NCBI RefSeq assembly: GCF_001194135.2 | Contig: NC_068990.1 | Span: 34,858,001 to 34,913,420 of the forward strand | Source: Octopus bimaculoides | Lineage: Eukaryota | DNA length: 55,420 nucleotides | Direction: 5' to 3' | Shown: one piece after another, positions 1 to 12,622 of the stretch | Position numbering within the stretch: the stretch's first letter is position 1 | How the letters are laid out: the number at the start of each line of letters is the position of its first letter | Position numbers and translations under genes: made by a program | Notes under the pieces: model-generated | The model's database searches: none | The model's input: the letters and a program-made list of their open reading frames with translations, nothing else | What the model was told of the DNA's origin: nothing

Positions 1-341
1 GCCCTGGGAATGACAGCGAAACGGGCTGATTACTACCTAGCTCAGATACCAGGAAACCCCAAAATGGCTGAAGTCCAAAAGATAGTGCTCATGGGAACTG
101 CCCATATCCTACGTAAAATACTGTCTATGTGATCTCAAATTTTAAAGCAAACATAATTTTCTTATGGTTTCTTAAACATTCACTTGAACAAAACTGTACA
201 AATCCAAATATATGGTACCCTAGGCATAACACCTACATGAACTTCTAACTTGTTGTCTCTTGAGGTCTCTGGGTGAGACTTGGATCCAACTTGTACAAAT
301 GCAAAACAAAAGTCAAACATAAAATAATAATAATAATAATA
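1..341 (+). mobile_element. 3' end of an RLE-type non-LTR retrotransposon (R4/Dong-like): ORF C-terminus, 3' UTR and (TAA)n tail
   Basis: 1-132 reads ALGMTAKRADYYLAQIPGNPKMAEVQKIVLMGTAHILRKILSM*, matching the 'GALG..IPG..IQKIVLLGTAHILRK' C-terminus of R4/Dong-like ORFs. An AAT repeat tail lies at about 323-340. Confidence 0.85.
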
Positions 342-411
342 TAGTTATATATGATATCATATAATTTAATAATACCGGTATTATTCAAACCAACAATAAC
401 AATCGGGAAGT

Positions 412-1431
412 GTGTACTTTAAACTTGTTATACAAAAAGTACGAAAATCTACACGTGCAAAAGAATTTTACAACAGAAATGAACGGACTGAGGAATATAT
501 TTCAATCCTACACGCTTATTTTACAGCAGTGCTCTACCCAAACAACGAAAACACAACGACATATACATATAAAATCTGGAATAAAAATAACCTAAATAAA
601 GACTTGGATACAGCAATGAACCCTAATAAAGTATCTAACATGCAAAGATATATTCTGAAAACAAAAAATATCAGAAATAGAAATAGAAAATTTAGAAGGA
701 AAAATACATCAGGAGAATGTAGATAGTAGCCACACAGCAATGCCAAATGATATAAACACTGAGATAGTAAAACACGAACACAGACGTAACATTTCCAACA
801 AAAGCGAAGTAAACAAAAAAAGACAACAAATCCGGGCCATAGGAATGCATAATAATGTGCAAAAAACACCAATCTAGAACACCACAGACAAACATATGAA
901 CGAGAAGGAATGCAAAACAAATTTAAAACCTGGAAACAGTGAAGGGGAACCTAATGATTATGATACTATAGAAATGAGAATAATCGAAGAACTGAAAACC
1001 ACAGATCTCAGAATGGACCACCGAATATATCTCCCCAAAATCAAAATAGACAATAAAACAACATCAATAATAAATAGCATGTACATGGCCGTTACGGAAC
1101 TAATTGCCACAGAAACAAATGTCAATATCGCAGAGGTAAATGACATGATATATGCAACAGCCACTGCAGCCATAAAAGAAGCTGGATACACCCTCAAACC
1201 CTTCCAAGCAGGAGTACCACCACCCAAAGAAACCCTGTAGACAAATAATGTAAAAAATGAATAGAGAAAAAGAGAAAAGATCTGTCAATTCTTAACGAAA
1301 TTAGTAAACAATCAACACTACTAAGCAACAAGAAGGCAACAAAAATACTGTCCAAATACAACATTACAGAAAAAGATTTACCTGAGGTAAAATAAAAGCT
1401 AAAGCAAGATATCCTTGCCAAATCACAAATT
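412..1431 (+). mobile_element. Decayed N-terminal part of a second RLE-type (R4/Dong-like) LINE ORF
   Basis: Broken frames give EEYISILHAYFTAVLYP..KIW..NKVSNMQRYILK; RIYLPKIK..VNDMIYATATA..PPP; KRKDLSILNEIS..LKQDILAKSQ. These follow the pre-RT motif order of this clade. Stops and frameshifts are present. Confidence 0.7.
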
Positions 1432-1439
1432 CCTCTTAT

Positions 1440-2280
1440 TACTGTTAATAGAATTATAGTGCAATTCAAAAGCCCAGGAAAAGAATCAACAGATTCTCGT
1501 CCCCGCTGTTTGAAGAGAAGTGTGGAAAACGAACCCCGTTCGAAGGCTTCTGACATCGCAAAACAGCTAGAAGTTAGTCCCAGAACGTGTGTTACATATC
1601 TGCATAAGCTTGGGTATTATGGACGAACAACTAGAAGAAAACATCTCCTTCAACCAATTAATATCATGAAAAGAAGGAAATGGACTAAGGTAATGTCATA
1701 AAAATCCAGTGCATTTTGGGATAGAGTGATTTTCTCAGATGAATCCAGATTAGCATTATTTTCAGACAGTGGAATTTGATTTGAAATGACTCCAACCAAC
1801 TGTGAAACATGGCGGTATCTCTGCGATGGTATGTGGAGCTGTCACCAGCAATGGTGCTCGGGGCTAATAGAATGTTTTGGAACCATAAACTCTGAAAAAT
1901 ACATCGAAATACTTAAGCAGGGACTACTTCCGATGTATTCACACGATAACATGACGAAAAATGAGTTTCTATTCATGGAAGATGAGGCTCCATGCCACAC
2001 AGCGAAAAGGAATCAACAATAGCTGACTGAAAATGGGATCAAAAAGCTTCCTTGGCCGAGCCAATCTCCTGACATGAACCCAATTGAAAAATCTTTGGAG
2101 CATGCTAGATAGAGCTATACAATAACCTCGACAGAAACCTAAATCTAAAGATGAATTATTTCAACAGTTGCGTGAAAGTGGGCAGAAATTCAAGAAGAGA
2201 CAATCACAAAGCTCATCAGTTCAATGCTAAAAAGAATTTCTGAATTGAAAACTGAAAAGTGAATGTCAACTAAATACTAA
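1440..2280 (+). mobile_element. Decayed Tc1-family transposase (DD34E)
   Basis: HTH/Tc1 segment (..KASDIAKQLEVSPRTCVTYLHKLGYYGRTTRRKHLL), VIFSDES (D at 1738-1740), TVKHGG-like motif, INSEKYIEILK, FMEDEAPCH and WPSQSPDMNPIE. There are 34 codons between the second D (1981) and E. Several stops and frameshifts; TIRs not found. Confidence 0.92.
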
Positions 2281-2675
2281 AGTATGTAGTCCTGCCTTTC
2301 GATTACCGTCTAGGGTAGCATTAATTTTCTAGGTCGTCAAATGTGTGTGTCTTAGTCAATCAATGAACCGATTGAGAAAACTAATCAATAACAAACCTAT
2401 AGTAACTACCGGAAATAGCTGTAAGTCAAACTTACTACAGTACAGAGATATATAATCATGATTATTTATGACTTGTCTTGTATATCACTCTGCATAAATG
2501 ACCAGTATAACTGAGAATACAACCATAGATTTACAATATAGAATGGTGATGAACAATAGCTTCGATCCTACTACAAGAATACGTAGAGTTCTTTACGAAT
2601 CTAAAAGACATTGTTAGCCTGGTGTATTAAAAGAAAGCTTATAAAGCATTTTACCCAGAATGATAATCCGTCATT

Positions 2676-2681
<6 letters not shown>

Positions 2682-2769
<88 letters not shown>

Positions 2770-3174
2770 NNNNNNNNNNNNNNNNNNNNNNNNNNNNNNN
2801 NNNNNNNNNNNNNNNNNNNNNNNNNNNNNNNNNNNNNNNNNNNNNNNNNNNNNNNNNNNNNNNNNNNNNNNNNNNNNNNNNNNNNNNNNNNNNNNNNNNN
2901 NNNNNNNNNNNNNNNNNNNNNNNNNNNNNNNNNNNNNNNNNNNNNNNNNNNNNNNNNNNNNNNNNNNNNNNNNNNNNNNNNNNNNNNNNNNNNNNNNNNN
3001 NNNNNNNNNNNNNNNNNNNNNNNNNNNNNNNNNNNNNNNNNNNNNNNNNNNNNNNNNNNNNNNNNNNNNNNNNNNNNNNNNNNNNNNNNNNNNNNNNNNN
3101 NNNNNNNNNNNNNNNNNNNNNNNNNNNNNNNNNNNNNNNNNNNNNNNNNNNNNNNNNNNNNNNNNNNNNNNNNN

Positions 3175-3240
<66 letters not shown>
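2682..3240. repeat. (CT)n-(TA)n / gap / (GT)n compound microsatellite
   Basis: Directly visible; the N-gap runs about 2770-3174. Confidence 0.95.
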
Positions 3241-3242
<2 letters not shown>

Positions 3243-4414
3243 TGTATGAATATATATTATATATAAATATTCATATATCTATACATGTATGTACGTACGT
3301 ATGTGTGTATGTGTGTATCCGTGTGCGTATGTACGTATACGCACATACATATGTGTACGCGTTTGCCTCATGAACATCCATTGTTGATGTCGACGGACAA
3401 CCTTTGATGATGATGGCGATAGCGTTGATGATGACGCAAATGTATCTATGTGTGTGCATATAAGTCTATTACATCTACTCTGAAATTAAATGTGTTGGCG
3501 TAAGTATTATTTATATATACACATTAAAAAAGATGACGGAAGGAAAATTATTAAACAAATTACATTGCGGTGAAATCAACGCTATATATAGACTACCATT
3601 CAGCTGTAAGTAATGCCAGGACACATGATATGAACAGCAGCGATGCTAATATATTAAAGCAAGCTGAAATGTATAATGAATGAGGTATAGAGACTATTAG
3701 AGACATAATAGCAGTCGGTAAATAGAACCATTATACGATATGGAAGAAAAATAGTAATGAATATTGATATAAAGGAAAGAGTAATTAAGAGAGACATCTA
3801 AATGTGACAAAGCTTGTTAAAGTAGAGATCATAAGAAGATGGTTTATTATATAAATATTCATTGTGAAATGTCTACAGAAATGATTAGTGACGTAATTCC
3901 AGACAATTTGAGAATCAGTAAATCATCTGAGAAACGATAATATTTTTGGCATTTGGTGTTCATTTTGTTTATCAAGCAAGTAACTTTAACTGTACATTTC
4001 TATGTAGGAAACTAGAATACAAGCTGACTTGTTAACAAGGTTTCATCTGGCTAATTGCTACGTCTCAATCATTATAAAATGTATAATATATACACTTCAC
4101 AGTGAAATGAGGAACCCAGACTGCCTGAGTTGGCTTTTCCATCACTGCGTAGATATATTGATTATCCTGATCGGTGTTACGTATGTTTATGTTCCATACA
4201 CTCAGTGGGCAGAACGTTAAATCCGTAACCATCGCTCTAAAGCAACTAATTTGATAACAACATACCTTTTATTTAGTTTTGACTAAGGGTACAAATTAAT
4301 GTAAGAGTGTCTCTAGAATAGTGTCTCTAAAAGACATTGTATCATCATGTCGTTTATTTATGTAAATGTGATATCTTATCGAGCATATTAGACATTTGAA
4401 TATTTAGACTACAT

Positions 4415-4550
4415 CTCGCTGAGACCAACTTTGCTAATCATCCCTTCAGAGTCTACAAAATAAAGTGCCAGTCAAGAACTGAGATCGATGTAATCCACTG
4501 ATATCGTCTCCATTAAAAATTACTGACCTTGTGCTTAAATGAGAAACCAT
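4415..4550 (+). mobile_element. Degenerate SINE fragment, family C
   Basis: gctgagaccaactttgc..catccct..aaaataaagtgccagtc..gatcgatgtaatc..cttgtgc resembles the copies at 20082-20268 and 44710-44850. Confidence 0.55.
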
Positions 4551-5030
4551 TTTATGTTACAATCTGAGTAATATTCCTTTGTTAAACGCATATCTGAACC
4601 ATCATCTTGACATAATTTATTCACATTCATATATGGCAGATGCTGCTGTTTTTATGATGTCCGTTTCTGGGATTGCATAAGCACCCCCACTGGTCTCGAG
4701 GAAATTACTGACATTATGGTGGTGCATGTTGTATCAATACGTACAGAGAAAACTACAAAATAGACGCATTCTTTTAGAAAACCATGCATTGCATATTAAA
4801 TATATTAACCAATATAAAATGGTCAAAGAGTCATGAACAAATCAAACTACAGTTTATATGTAAACCATATCATCAGTCAAAGATTAAATGACATACGAGA
4901 GAAATACAGCTATAGGTCACATGGTACACAGTACTACAAATTAGCTCAAATGGTAGTGGCAGGAAAAGCAATTGTTTTAAAATAAATGATTAACCCTCCG
5001 TTGGTGCAGTGGGGTGTGGCTTACCCCATG

Positions 5031-5164
5031 TGATGTTTCTTTCTAAATATCTTACGCTTAGCAGTAGTGAAACAAGCATCTTTCCATGTAATTTCCTTGA
5101 TGTTTCTTTCTAAATATCTTACGCTTAGCAGTAGTGAAACAAGCATCTTTCCATGTAATTTCCT
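5031..5164. repeat. Perfect 67-bp tandem duplication inside the piggyBac left end
   Basis: tgatgtttctttctaaatatc...catgtaatttcct occurs at both 5031-5097 and 5098-5164. Confidence 0.95.
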
Positions 5165-5429
5165 GCCAATATCCACTGAATTGATATATCAGATTGCTCA
5201 GTGTCCTGTTGGCAAAGGAATGGATTATACATACAATAATTGCATCTCAAGAAGTAGCAAACCCTTCCCATCTTTCTAATAGGTAATTTTTCTAAGGCAT
5301 ATATTTCCTTTATTATCTTGTATGTGTGTCCTAAGGTTCACCTGTGGCATGCACAACCTAATATACATTTGCGTTGTTCTTGTTTTTGTAATACATAATT
5401 ATGATGACAGCGTTTGTCGCTGTCAAAGG

Positions 5430-6067
5430 TAGAACTAAGTACACAAGTTTGTTTGACTTCCAGAGACACCACTTATATGTGCAAGAAACGTGTGTTGCAT
5501 TGTATATCACAATGCATCCTGATGCTGCAGTTGATGCAGACATCAAAGAATAAAATGACCAATAATCAATACCTTCTACAACACTACTAAAGGAGGAGTA
5601 GATACTGTTGAGCAGTGTATTCAACCTATAATGTTTCCCATAATACTTGATGCTGGTCTCTTTCAAGTTTTTACACCACAATCAATGTTGCAGGAATAAA
5701 TGCATTCATTATATGCATGGCACATTTTCAATCAACCATCAGGTGCCAGAGTTTTCAGAAAATATTAGGGATGAAGTTAGTAGACGACTATATCAGCCAT
5801 CGAAAGATTGCACCGGGTTTTAGAAGAGACTTGAAAAGGAAGATCTACCACTTTTCACCAGATGGGCCATTTAAGGAATTACCTCCAAAAGGCCGTCGTG
5901 AAGGTTCTCATCAAAAGTGCACATTGTGCCCCAAATCAAAGAATCGAAAGACAAAGAATAGCTGTCTGAAGTGTTCGAAACCAATCTACTTGGATTGCGC
6001 ATTCATGGTTTGTGTTCACTGCTATAAGAGTGACCAGGACGAGAATGTAAGCATTGATAAGTACTAG
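5430..6067 (+). pseudogene. piggyBac transposase C-terminal remnant (third catalytic Asp region and cysteine-rich domain)
   Basis: Frameshifted TSLFDF..ITMHPD..FYNTTKGGVDTVEQ (GAT at 5601-5603), followed by ORF 5717-6067 ending CTLCPKSKNRKTKNSCLKCSKPIYLDCAFMVCVHC. Confidence 0.88.
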
Positions 6068-6192
6068 ATAATAAACACCAAATGGTTTACTAATCAAAAT
6101 GTCTGTTCTTTTTGATTGCCTGCCTTAGTAGATTTTCATACATGAAATTGTCTTTTTGTAAGATTAAAATGTCTTTTGAGAAGCAAATTGTA

Positions 6193-6421
6193 TACTCTTT
6201 TACTCTCTTTTAATCTTTCAGTCACTTGACTGTGGCCATGCTGGAGCTCCGCCTTTATTCGAGCAAATCGACCCCAGTATTATTCTTTGTAAGTCTAGTA
6301 TTTCTTCTATCGGTCTATTTTGCCGAACCGCTAATTTACGGGGACGTAAACACACCACCATCGGTTGTCAAGAGATGGGGGGGGGGTAAACACAGGCACA
6401 GAAACATACGCACGCACACAC

Positions 6422-6492
<71 letters not shown>

Positions 6493-6665
6493 AATACGTA
6501 TATACGACGGACTTCCTTCAATTTCCGTCTACCAAATCCACTCACAAAGCATTGGTCGACCCGAGACTATAGTAGAAAGCACTTTCCCAAGGTGCCACGC
6601 AGTGGGAATGAACCCCGAACCATGTGGTCGGTGAGCAAGCTACTTATCACACAGCTACTCCTGCG
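6193..6665 (-). mobile_element. Full-length tRNA-derived SINE, family A, nested in the piggyBac
   Basis: Minus-strand head with A-box-like TAGCTGTGTGAT and B-box-like GGTTCATTCCC, then ccttgggaaagtg, an internal (TA)n(TG)n tract, and a tail ..ccagcatggccacagtcaagtgactgaaag..aaaagagta. Collinear with 19574-19965. Confidence 0.9.
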
Positions 6666-8308
6666 AGAAACTTTTGATAAATAATTGTTAAACTAATAAG
6701 AAATAAAATAGAATACCTGGGGTAAATCATACCCCTCTGCGCGAACGGTGTTTTAATATCCCGCACCAATGGAGGGTTAATACTATAAATGTTACAAGCA
6801 TAAACATATTGCGTATCGCATGCATCGGGAAAATTGTGTTTTATCTTCTATTGATAACATTTTGATTAATATTGGGCCAAACATATCTTCCCAGTTTGTT
6901 ACTGAACGATCAAACGCACACAACTTATGTAGCCTTGCATGTTTTCCGACGCTATGAAATTTCTGATATGAATACATTGATAGATATAGATATATAGTTT
7001 TCTGCTGCTCATAGGAAAAAAACGTAGTTGAATGAAATGACTCTACTGTATAATAGAGGGCGTTTGGTGCAACGTTATTTCCTGAGATTTATCAGCAAAT
7101 GTATTTGTATATAAAGAATACGTTTGTTAAATATCAATTTTTATGCTATTAATGTAAATCAAGTGAGGAGAATTGTAAGCATGGATAGATGATTGCATTT
7201 GAACTAATGGTTCTTATCTACACTATATAATATTCATAAAACGTACTACTTATATAATGGTTCTCTGTTAATATAATATGATATTTATACAACAGATAAA
7301 TATATTTACAAGTGAGAGTTAAAATGCGGAACAGGACGCTGAACTCTGAGTTGGGAGAAAATGAACTCTAAACTAAGGGGAAAGAATATGAAAAATATAA
7401 AACAAACATACCTAATTTATTAAACCTCGGGAAGATTTTAAGGGTGTAGATCAACTATTTGAGTAAAATAAAACCAGTTTATGATTTATGAATTATACTG
7501 GTTTTTCGTTTATCACTTCCATTGTAAGATGTGTCTATATTGAAGTCGATTCCATTTCAGAGACCAACGAGTCATAATGCATTATACATAACGCAGAGAG
7601 AAGTTAGATTCGGTAAGCAAAAGTGCACTGTGCATATATGCAACTTCACAATATAACTGACAAGTTTTTCACTGGGTTGCAGTTCTAGGTTCAAATCTTC
7701 TCAGAGAAAACAATATGAACCGTTACCAAAATATTACATCTTTGACTTTCTGAATCTTTAGTATTATCCTAACCACACAATAGATTCACAAAGTTGATCA
7801 GAACTGGTACAGAGCCATGTTTACACACTTCAAGTTTATAATCGATTCCAAAAGCTTCTTATGCTATTAATATTTATTTTGTTATTATATTTTAAACTGT
7901 GGTTTGAATGATTGAATTTCACTCACTTTACAATGACGTTGGTGTAGTTTAAACCAGAGCAGATATAAAGTAAAGGAAAAAATCTCGTTCAACAGATAAT
8001 CCAATTCTCTACTCTCTCTGCCAACCAATATATCTACTAATTCCTATGTACATATTCCTATCACGTTTCTTCAATTGTCTATTTATTTCTCTTAGGTTCT
8101 CACTTATATTCACTCATCGTTACAGTTATTCGCGAACACACAAACACTCAACTGCACACGCACACACATACACATGTACACACAGTAACACACACTTTCT
8201 TTCTCATACACATACAAGAATATCCTTACCTTTTGCTGCTGCTTAATGCTCACAGATATACATACACATACTTTCTCTTTCACGCCGTCTAATACAATCG
8301 TTGCGCGC

Positions 8309-8363
<55 letters not shown>
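8309..8363. repeat. (GT)n microsatellite
   Basis: Directly visible. Confidence 0.95.
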
Positions 8364-8365
<2 letters not shown>

Positions 8366-9757
8366 TCCTCCCTCCCCACAGGCTTGTACTTACGTTTCTA
8401 TTTATAGTTTTCCAATAAAGATAAACCGATCTGCAACTAAGTACTAAAGTCCCTTTCATTGAAATTCTATGCAACAAAATCTTCTTCAGCTCCCATGCTG
8501 AGGTTTAGAAAAATCCTGGCACTTTACAATCTGTAAATGCAGAATACCCATTTCTTGTGTTATTGCCAGAAAATTCCAACATTTGAAAGTGCATTCTTAG
8601 ACATTTGGCACCGCAAACCTCTGTACCAATAATAACAAGTTCAAATTCGAACCGAAATTGGATTTGGCCATGTTGTATAGCAACAAATCATGTTTAGTCA
8701 TACAATTGACATATAATTTCATGTCATTTTGGAAATGTTGTTCGAGTAATGAGAATATATTTAACTTTATTAACATTGTTTACCATAGATTTCTACAGAG
8801 AGCTCAGCATCCTGTATCAATATTCAATTATTCGATGTTTTTCTCGTACTTTTCTATTACAAGAACTTTTTGTTGTATTCTGAGGAGATTTCATTGTTGA
8901 CTTTATAGTATTTTATTAACGTAGTTGGCACAATCAATATTTCTGTTTGCCCAGTCAACCAGATTATAGTTGAAACAATTCTATTTATTCTAGAATTACA
9001 ATAACATCAGACTGTCTTCACATCGTTTCTTATACATTTAATATTTTATGACACACACAAATTGACGTAGATTCGCATGCTTGCATATTTTCAGTAGCAG
9101 ATTTTCTCACTTTGGTAGCCATAATTTATGCTTTCGGATTACTAAAATTTATATCGATTCTTCAGATTCTCAAGTTACGACGTATTCTTTACCTAATATT
9201 TATGTTACTGGGGAAACTGCCAAATTTTATGTCACAAGCTTTTGTTATATGTTTGAAACTCCATTCTCAATCAGGGGATGTAATTAAACAGGTTATGTTC
9301 TTTACAGCGATTTTCACTGCTTCTTCAAAATTTCCTTTCTCAGTGCTAGTTTCATATATGTTCTACAGTGGTACTTTGGAGTACATTTTACTCTACAACA
9401 TAAAGGGCATTTTAAACTATTACCTTAAAATATGGTTTTCACCATACATATTTCATTGCTGTTATAAAAAAAAAAATGTTTTTCACTCTACTACAAAATG
9501 CATTTACTTAATACCTGAATCTACTTTCTTACTGGTACTATAAAATATCTTTTTAGTGAATCTTTAAATTACGTTTATATTAGAATGTAAAGGTGTTAGT
9601 TTCTTAGTAACTGATTCGGTAAATATTAGCTGTTCATTCATATTGAAAAATTCATGATGATGTAAATTTTAAATTGGAACATGACACGTTTAAAAGAAGA
9701 AGCTATTCCCTATACATCTGTGTGTCTGTTTGTTTCCCTATATATATGTATTTGAGT

Positions 9758-9811
9758 GCGTGTGTATGTGTCCATGCGTGTGTATGTGTCCATGCGTGTG
9801 TATGTGTCCAT
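9758..9811. repeat. 3 x 18-bp tandem repeat (gcgtgtgtatgtgtccat)
   Basis: Three exact units at 9758, 9776 and 9794. Confidence 0.9.
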
Positions 9812-10974
9812 TTGTATGCGGGTAGTGGGCGTATCTCGTTCCCTACTAAGTCACGTGTGTTCTTATATTGTTATTTTCGTTTCATATCAAAATCAACGTT
9901 CACGCAAACTGTGTTCCTTTTGAAAACCTCACCTTAAAGCAAGCCTGTATATCACTCATCTATTTACGTATTTACTTGTCTATTTTATCACTATCTCAGA
10001 TCTATCTACAAACACTTTTTGCCCGTTAAGAACTCCATTTTAATTGTTTTCCATTGAGTGGATTTTCCTTTGTTCTCTTGCGTGAACTTATTTTAGATTC
10101 TGTTAAGTTCAAACGAAAATATTGGATAAAGAAACAAGGAAAAGATGAAAACATTGTTTTTGATTACCGTCTAATCGACCGAAATTCTTTAAGTTGTTTC
10201 TTCGCTTTCCTTCAGTTATCTCCTATATGTCCGCAAGGTAAGTACTCCATTGGTGTTACTTCAGTACAGCTATCGCAGTGATGATCATCAAGGAATAGCA
10301 CATCACCTTAGGTTAGCCTGTAACATCTTTTACGATATTTTTACAGAGAACGAGCGATAATATTTGTGTACGTGTATGTGTGTTACAAGTTGAATAAATA
10401 GGTTTATCGATGAAAATTCTCAAAATACCATAGTGATCAAACTGCAACTTTCTTAACAATATATTAGAATTAAAGAAAATTGCCAGAGAAGCAATGTCTT
10501 CAATAGTGGATATTTACAGAAGCATCAAGCATCAAAAGAGCGCTATACTGCAATACTGTAGTACGTACCATTAATCTTTGTGATGTGAACGACTGCTCAA
10601 CTACTGTCCGATCTTTTCACCATTGAGAAATTGTGGGCGATGAAGACCGTCTATGTGGCTGCAAAATTTACTAGAAACATCAGCCAAATCACCTTTATAT
10701 AAAATACTACTGACTTAAAATGGGGAGACCCGTATGTAGGGGAATGTTGTCGTAGATTCAATATATTCAAAAAGTTAGATGAGGTGTCCTCCGATGGAGC
10801 GCCATGCATCGAGAATAACTATTGTATGACAGAAATGCCAGATTGGTCCAGAGACATCTGTAGATTGTAGCTGGTCAGACTACTGCTATGTACCAGTTGT
10901 TAGCTCAATCAGAAATAATCTTGAGTTTACACAACGACAACAATAGCAGTAGGAATAGCAACAACTATGATAAT

Positions 10975-11345
10975 CTAGCATGGAGAAATAAGATGCAGTT
11001 TAGAGCAGTGTATAGCGAGATGTGTTGTAGGGAAGTGTAGCAGAGTAGTTTAATGTAGATTGGTGCTGTGATTAGTGTTGAAGTGTGATGTAGTTTAATG
11101 TGATAAGATGTAGTATATAATAGTGTGGTTTTATATGGTATAATGTCCTGTACGGTCCTATGGTATGGTGCAATGTAATTCTGTGTAATATAGTTTATTG
11201 TAGTCTTGTCATGTAGTGCAGTGTGGTGTAGCGTTGTATAGTTTAATGTGGTGTGTTGTGTCATGTACTGTGAAGCTGTAGTGGAGGTGGGGTGTAATGT
11301 AATGATGCGTGGAAAACTAGTGTGTAGTAGGTGTGTGATCCTATC
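10975..11345. repeat. Degenerate 5-bp-period simple repeat (tgtag/tatag/tgtgg-like)
   Basis: Pentamer periodicity visible by eye; it produces the spurious T/L/H-rich ORF 10965-11411. Confidence 0.65.
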
Positions 11346-11348
11346 TAG

Positions 11349-11690
11349 TGCTGTATGGTTCAGCGGTTTGGCTATTCCATTCACGATCGTAAGGCCTCGA
11401 GTTGGATACACGGTAGCGTTATGTGTCGTTGAGCAAGATACTGTATTCCTCGTTGTTCCTGGTCACTCAAGTGACGAAAATTAGTAGTACCTCTATGTTC
11501 AAAGGGGCACACATATCACATTCTGTGTCATGCTAAATATCCCTTAACTAATTTAGGGATATGCATGTCTGTGGAGTGCTCTGTCACTTGGACGTTGATT
11601 TCACGTGCAAGTTGTTCCGTTGACCGGATCAACTGGAACACTCATCGTCGCAATCGACGGAGTGCCAGCGTTGTTGTATAATGGTGTGGC
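11349..11690 (+). mobile_element. tRNA-derived SINE, family B, near full length and diverged
   Basis: tRNA-like head (ggttcagcggtttgg..cacgatcgtaagg..gagttggatac), central tgtgtcgttgagcaagatact..tcactcaagtgac domain, and tail gaccggatcaactggaacactcatcgtcgcaatcgacggagtgcc. Confidence 0.65.
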
Positions 11691-12556
11691 CTAATGTGCT
11701 ATATAATTGCTCGCTTAGTGAAGAATAATATGGCGTGTCGATGAGTTGCAGAAATCTTGGAGCTGCCTACCACTGTCTCACCTAAATACATTTACTAAAA
11801 TTTTATAAAATAATCGAAACTATGCCACGTCACACTCATTATATTTCTGAAAAGAAATTCTTTGTCCTAATTCTTAGATTGTCTCTGCTTACAACAAACC
11901 CTCTTAATGTTGTTTCCTTAAAATTTATTACTCTATTAAGTCCACCTCCAGCATATTTGTATAACTTTGTGTCAATCTCACCGAACTATATTACTGCCAT
12001 GTTTTAAGTGCCTGTTCATTTATGGCTAAATGTTGCTTCTTAATATTCCAATATTTCAAGAATTTCATATGAACTGTATAAATGTTATGAATTGCTGTTT
12101 ATGTAGCACTTTAAACCCTCTGTCTTTGCATCGCTTCCAGGAATATTAAAACTATTGTTGCAGTCTATAGAAAAATTTCTTGTTAGCTGCCAGATAATGT
12201 TTTTGTTTTTGTCTTTTTATTTTTGCATTTCTTTTGTAATGGCTGCTTCAGCTGTCTCTACTCCACTGCTATAGTTATGGTCGGTGATGCTGACAGTAAT
12301 GGCGATGTTGTTGTCTCTGTTGGTGTTGTTTAAATTATCCTCTATTGCCCGTTCATTTTTTCCTCTCCGGTATCTCCATCACCAGCAGTACCTACTTCCA
12401 TAGCCAAAGTGCAGACATTCTGTCTCCATTTTACAACTCCTCAAGTAACGTTGGGCTTCCATTTCCTTTCCAACATGGATGTCAGTCATTTCTGTTCAAT
12501 GTCCTTTGTAACTCACCGGAAGTTGCTCTTGTAGCCATCGATAGCTTAATGCAATC

Positions 12557-12589
12557 TTTCTTCTTCTTCTTCTTCTTCTTCTTCTTCTT

Positions 12590-12622
<33 letters not shown>

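Larger units (their letters stand above)
4994..6776 (+). mobile_element. Internally deleted piggyBac DNA transposon with TTAA TSDs
   Basis: TTAA at 4990-4993 and 6777-6780. TIRs CCCTCCGTTGGTGC (4994-5007) and GCACCAATGGAGGG (6763-6776) match 13/14. Subterminal IRs at 5011-5028 and 6718-6735 match 15/18. Internal transposase remnant present. Confidence 0.93.

Noticed and set aside
534-1556. Hydrophobic minus-strand ORFs
   Set aside because: They are antisense frames of the A-rich LINE and Tc1 relics.
6600-6665. tRNA-like A/B boxes here and in other SINE heads as tRNA genes
   Set aside because: No cloverleaf; the boxes continue into SINE bodies.
8400-9540. Possible hAT relic on the minus strand, and the 143-aa plus ORF 9112-9543
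   Set aside because: No convincing conserved motif in any frame; the ORF is AT-rich with no recognisable domain.
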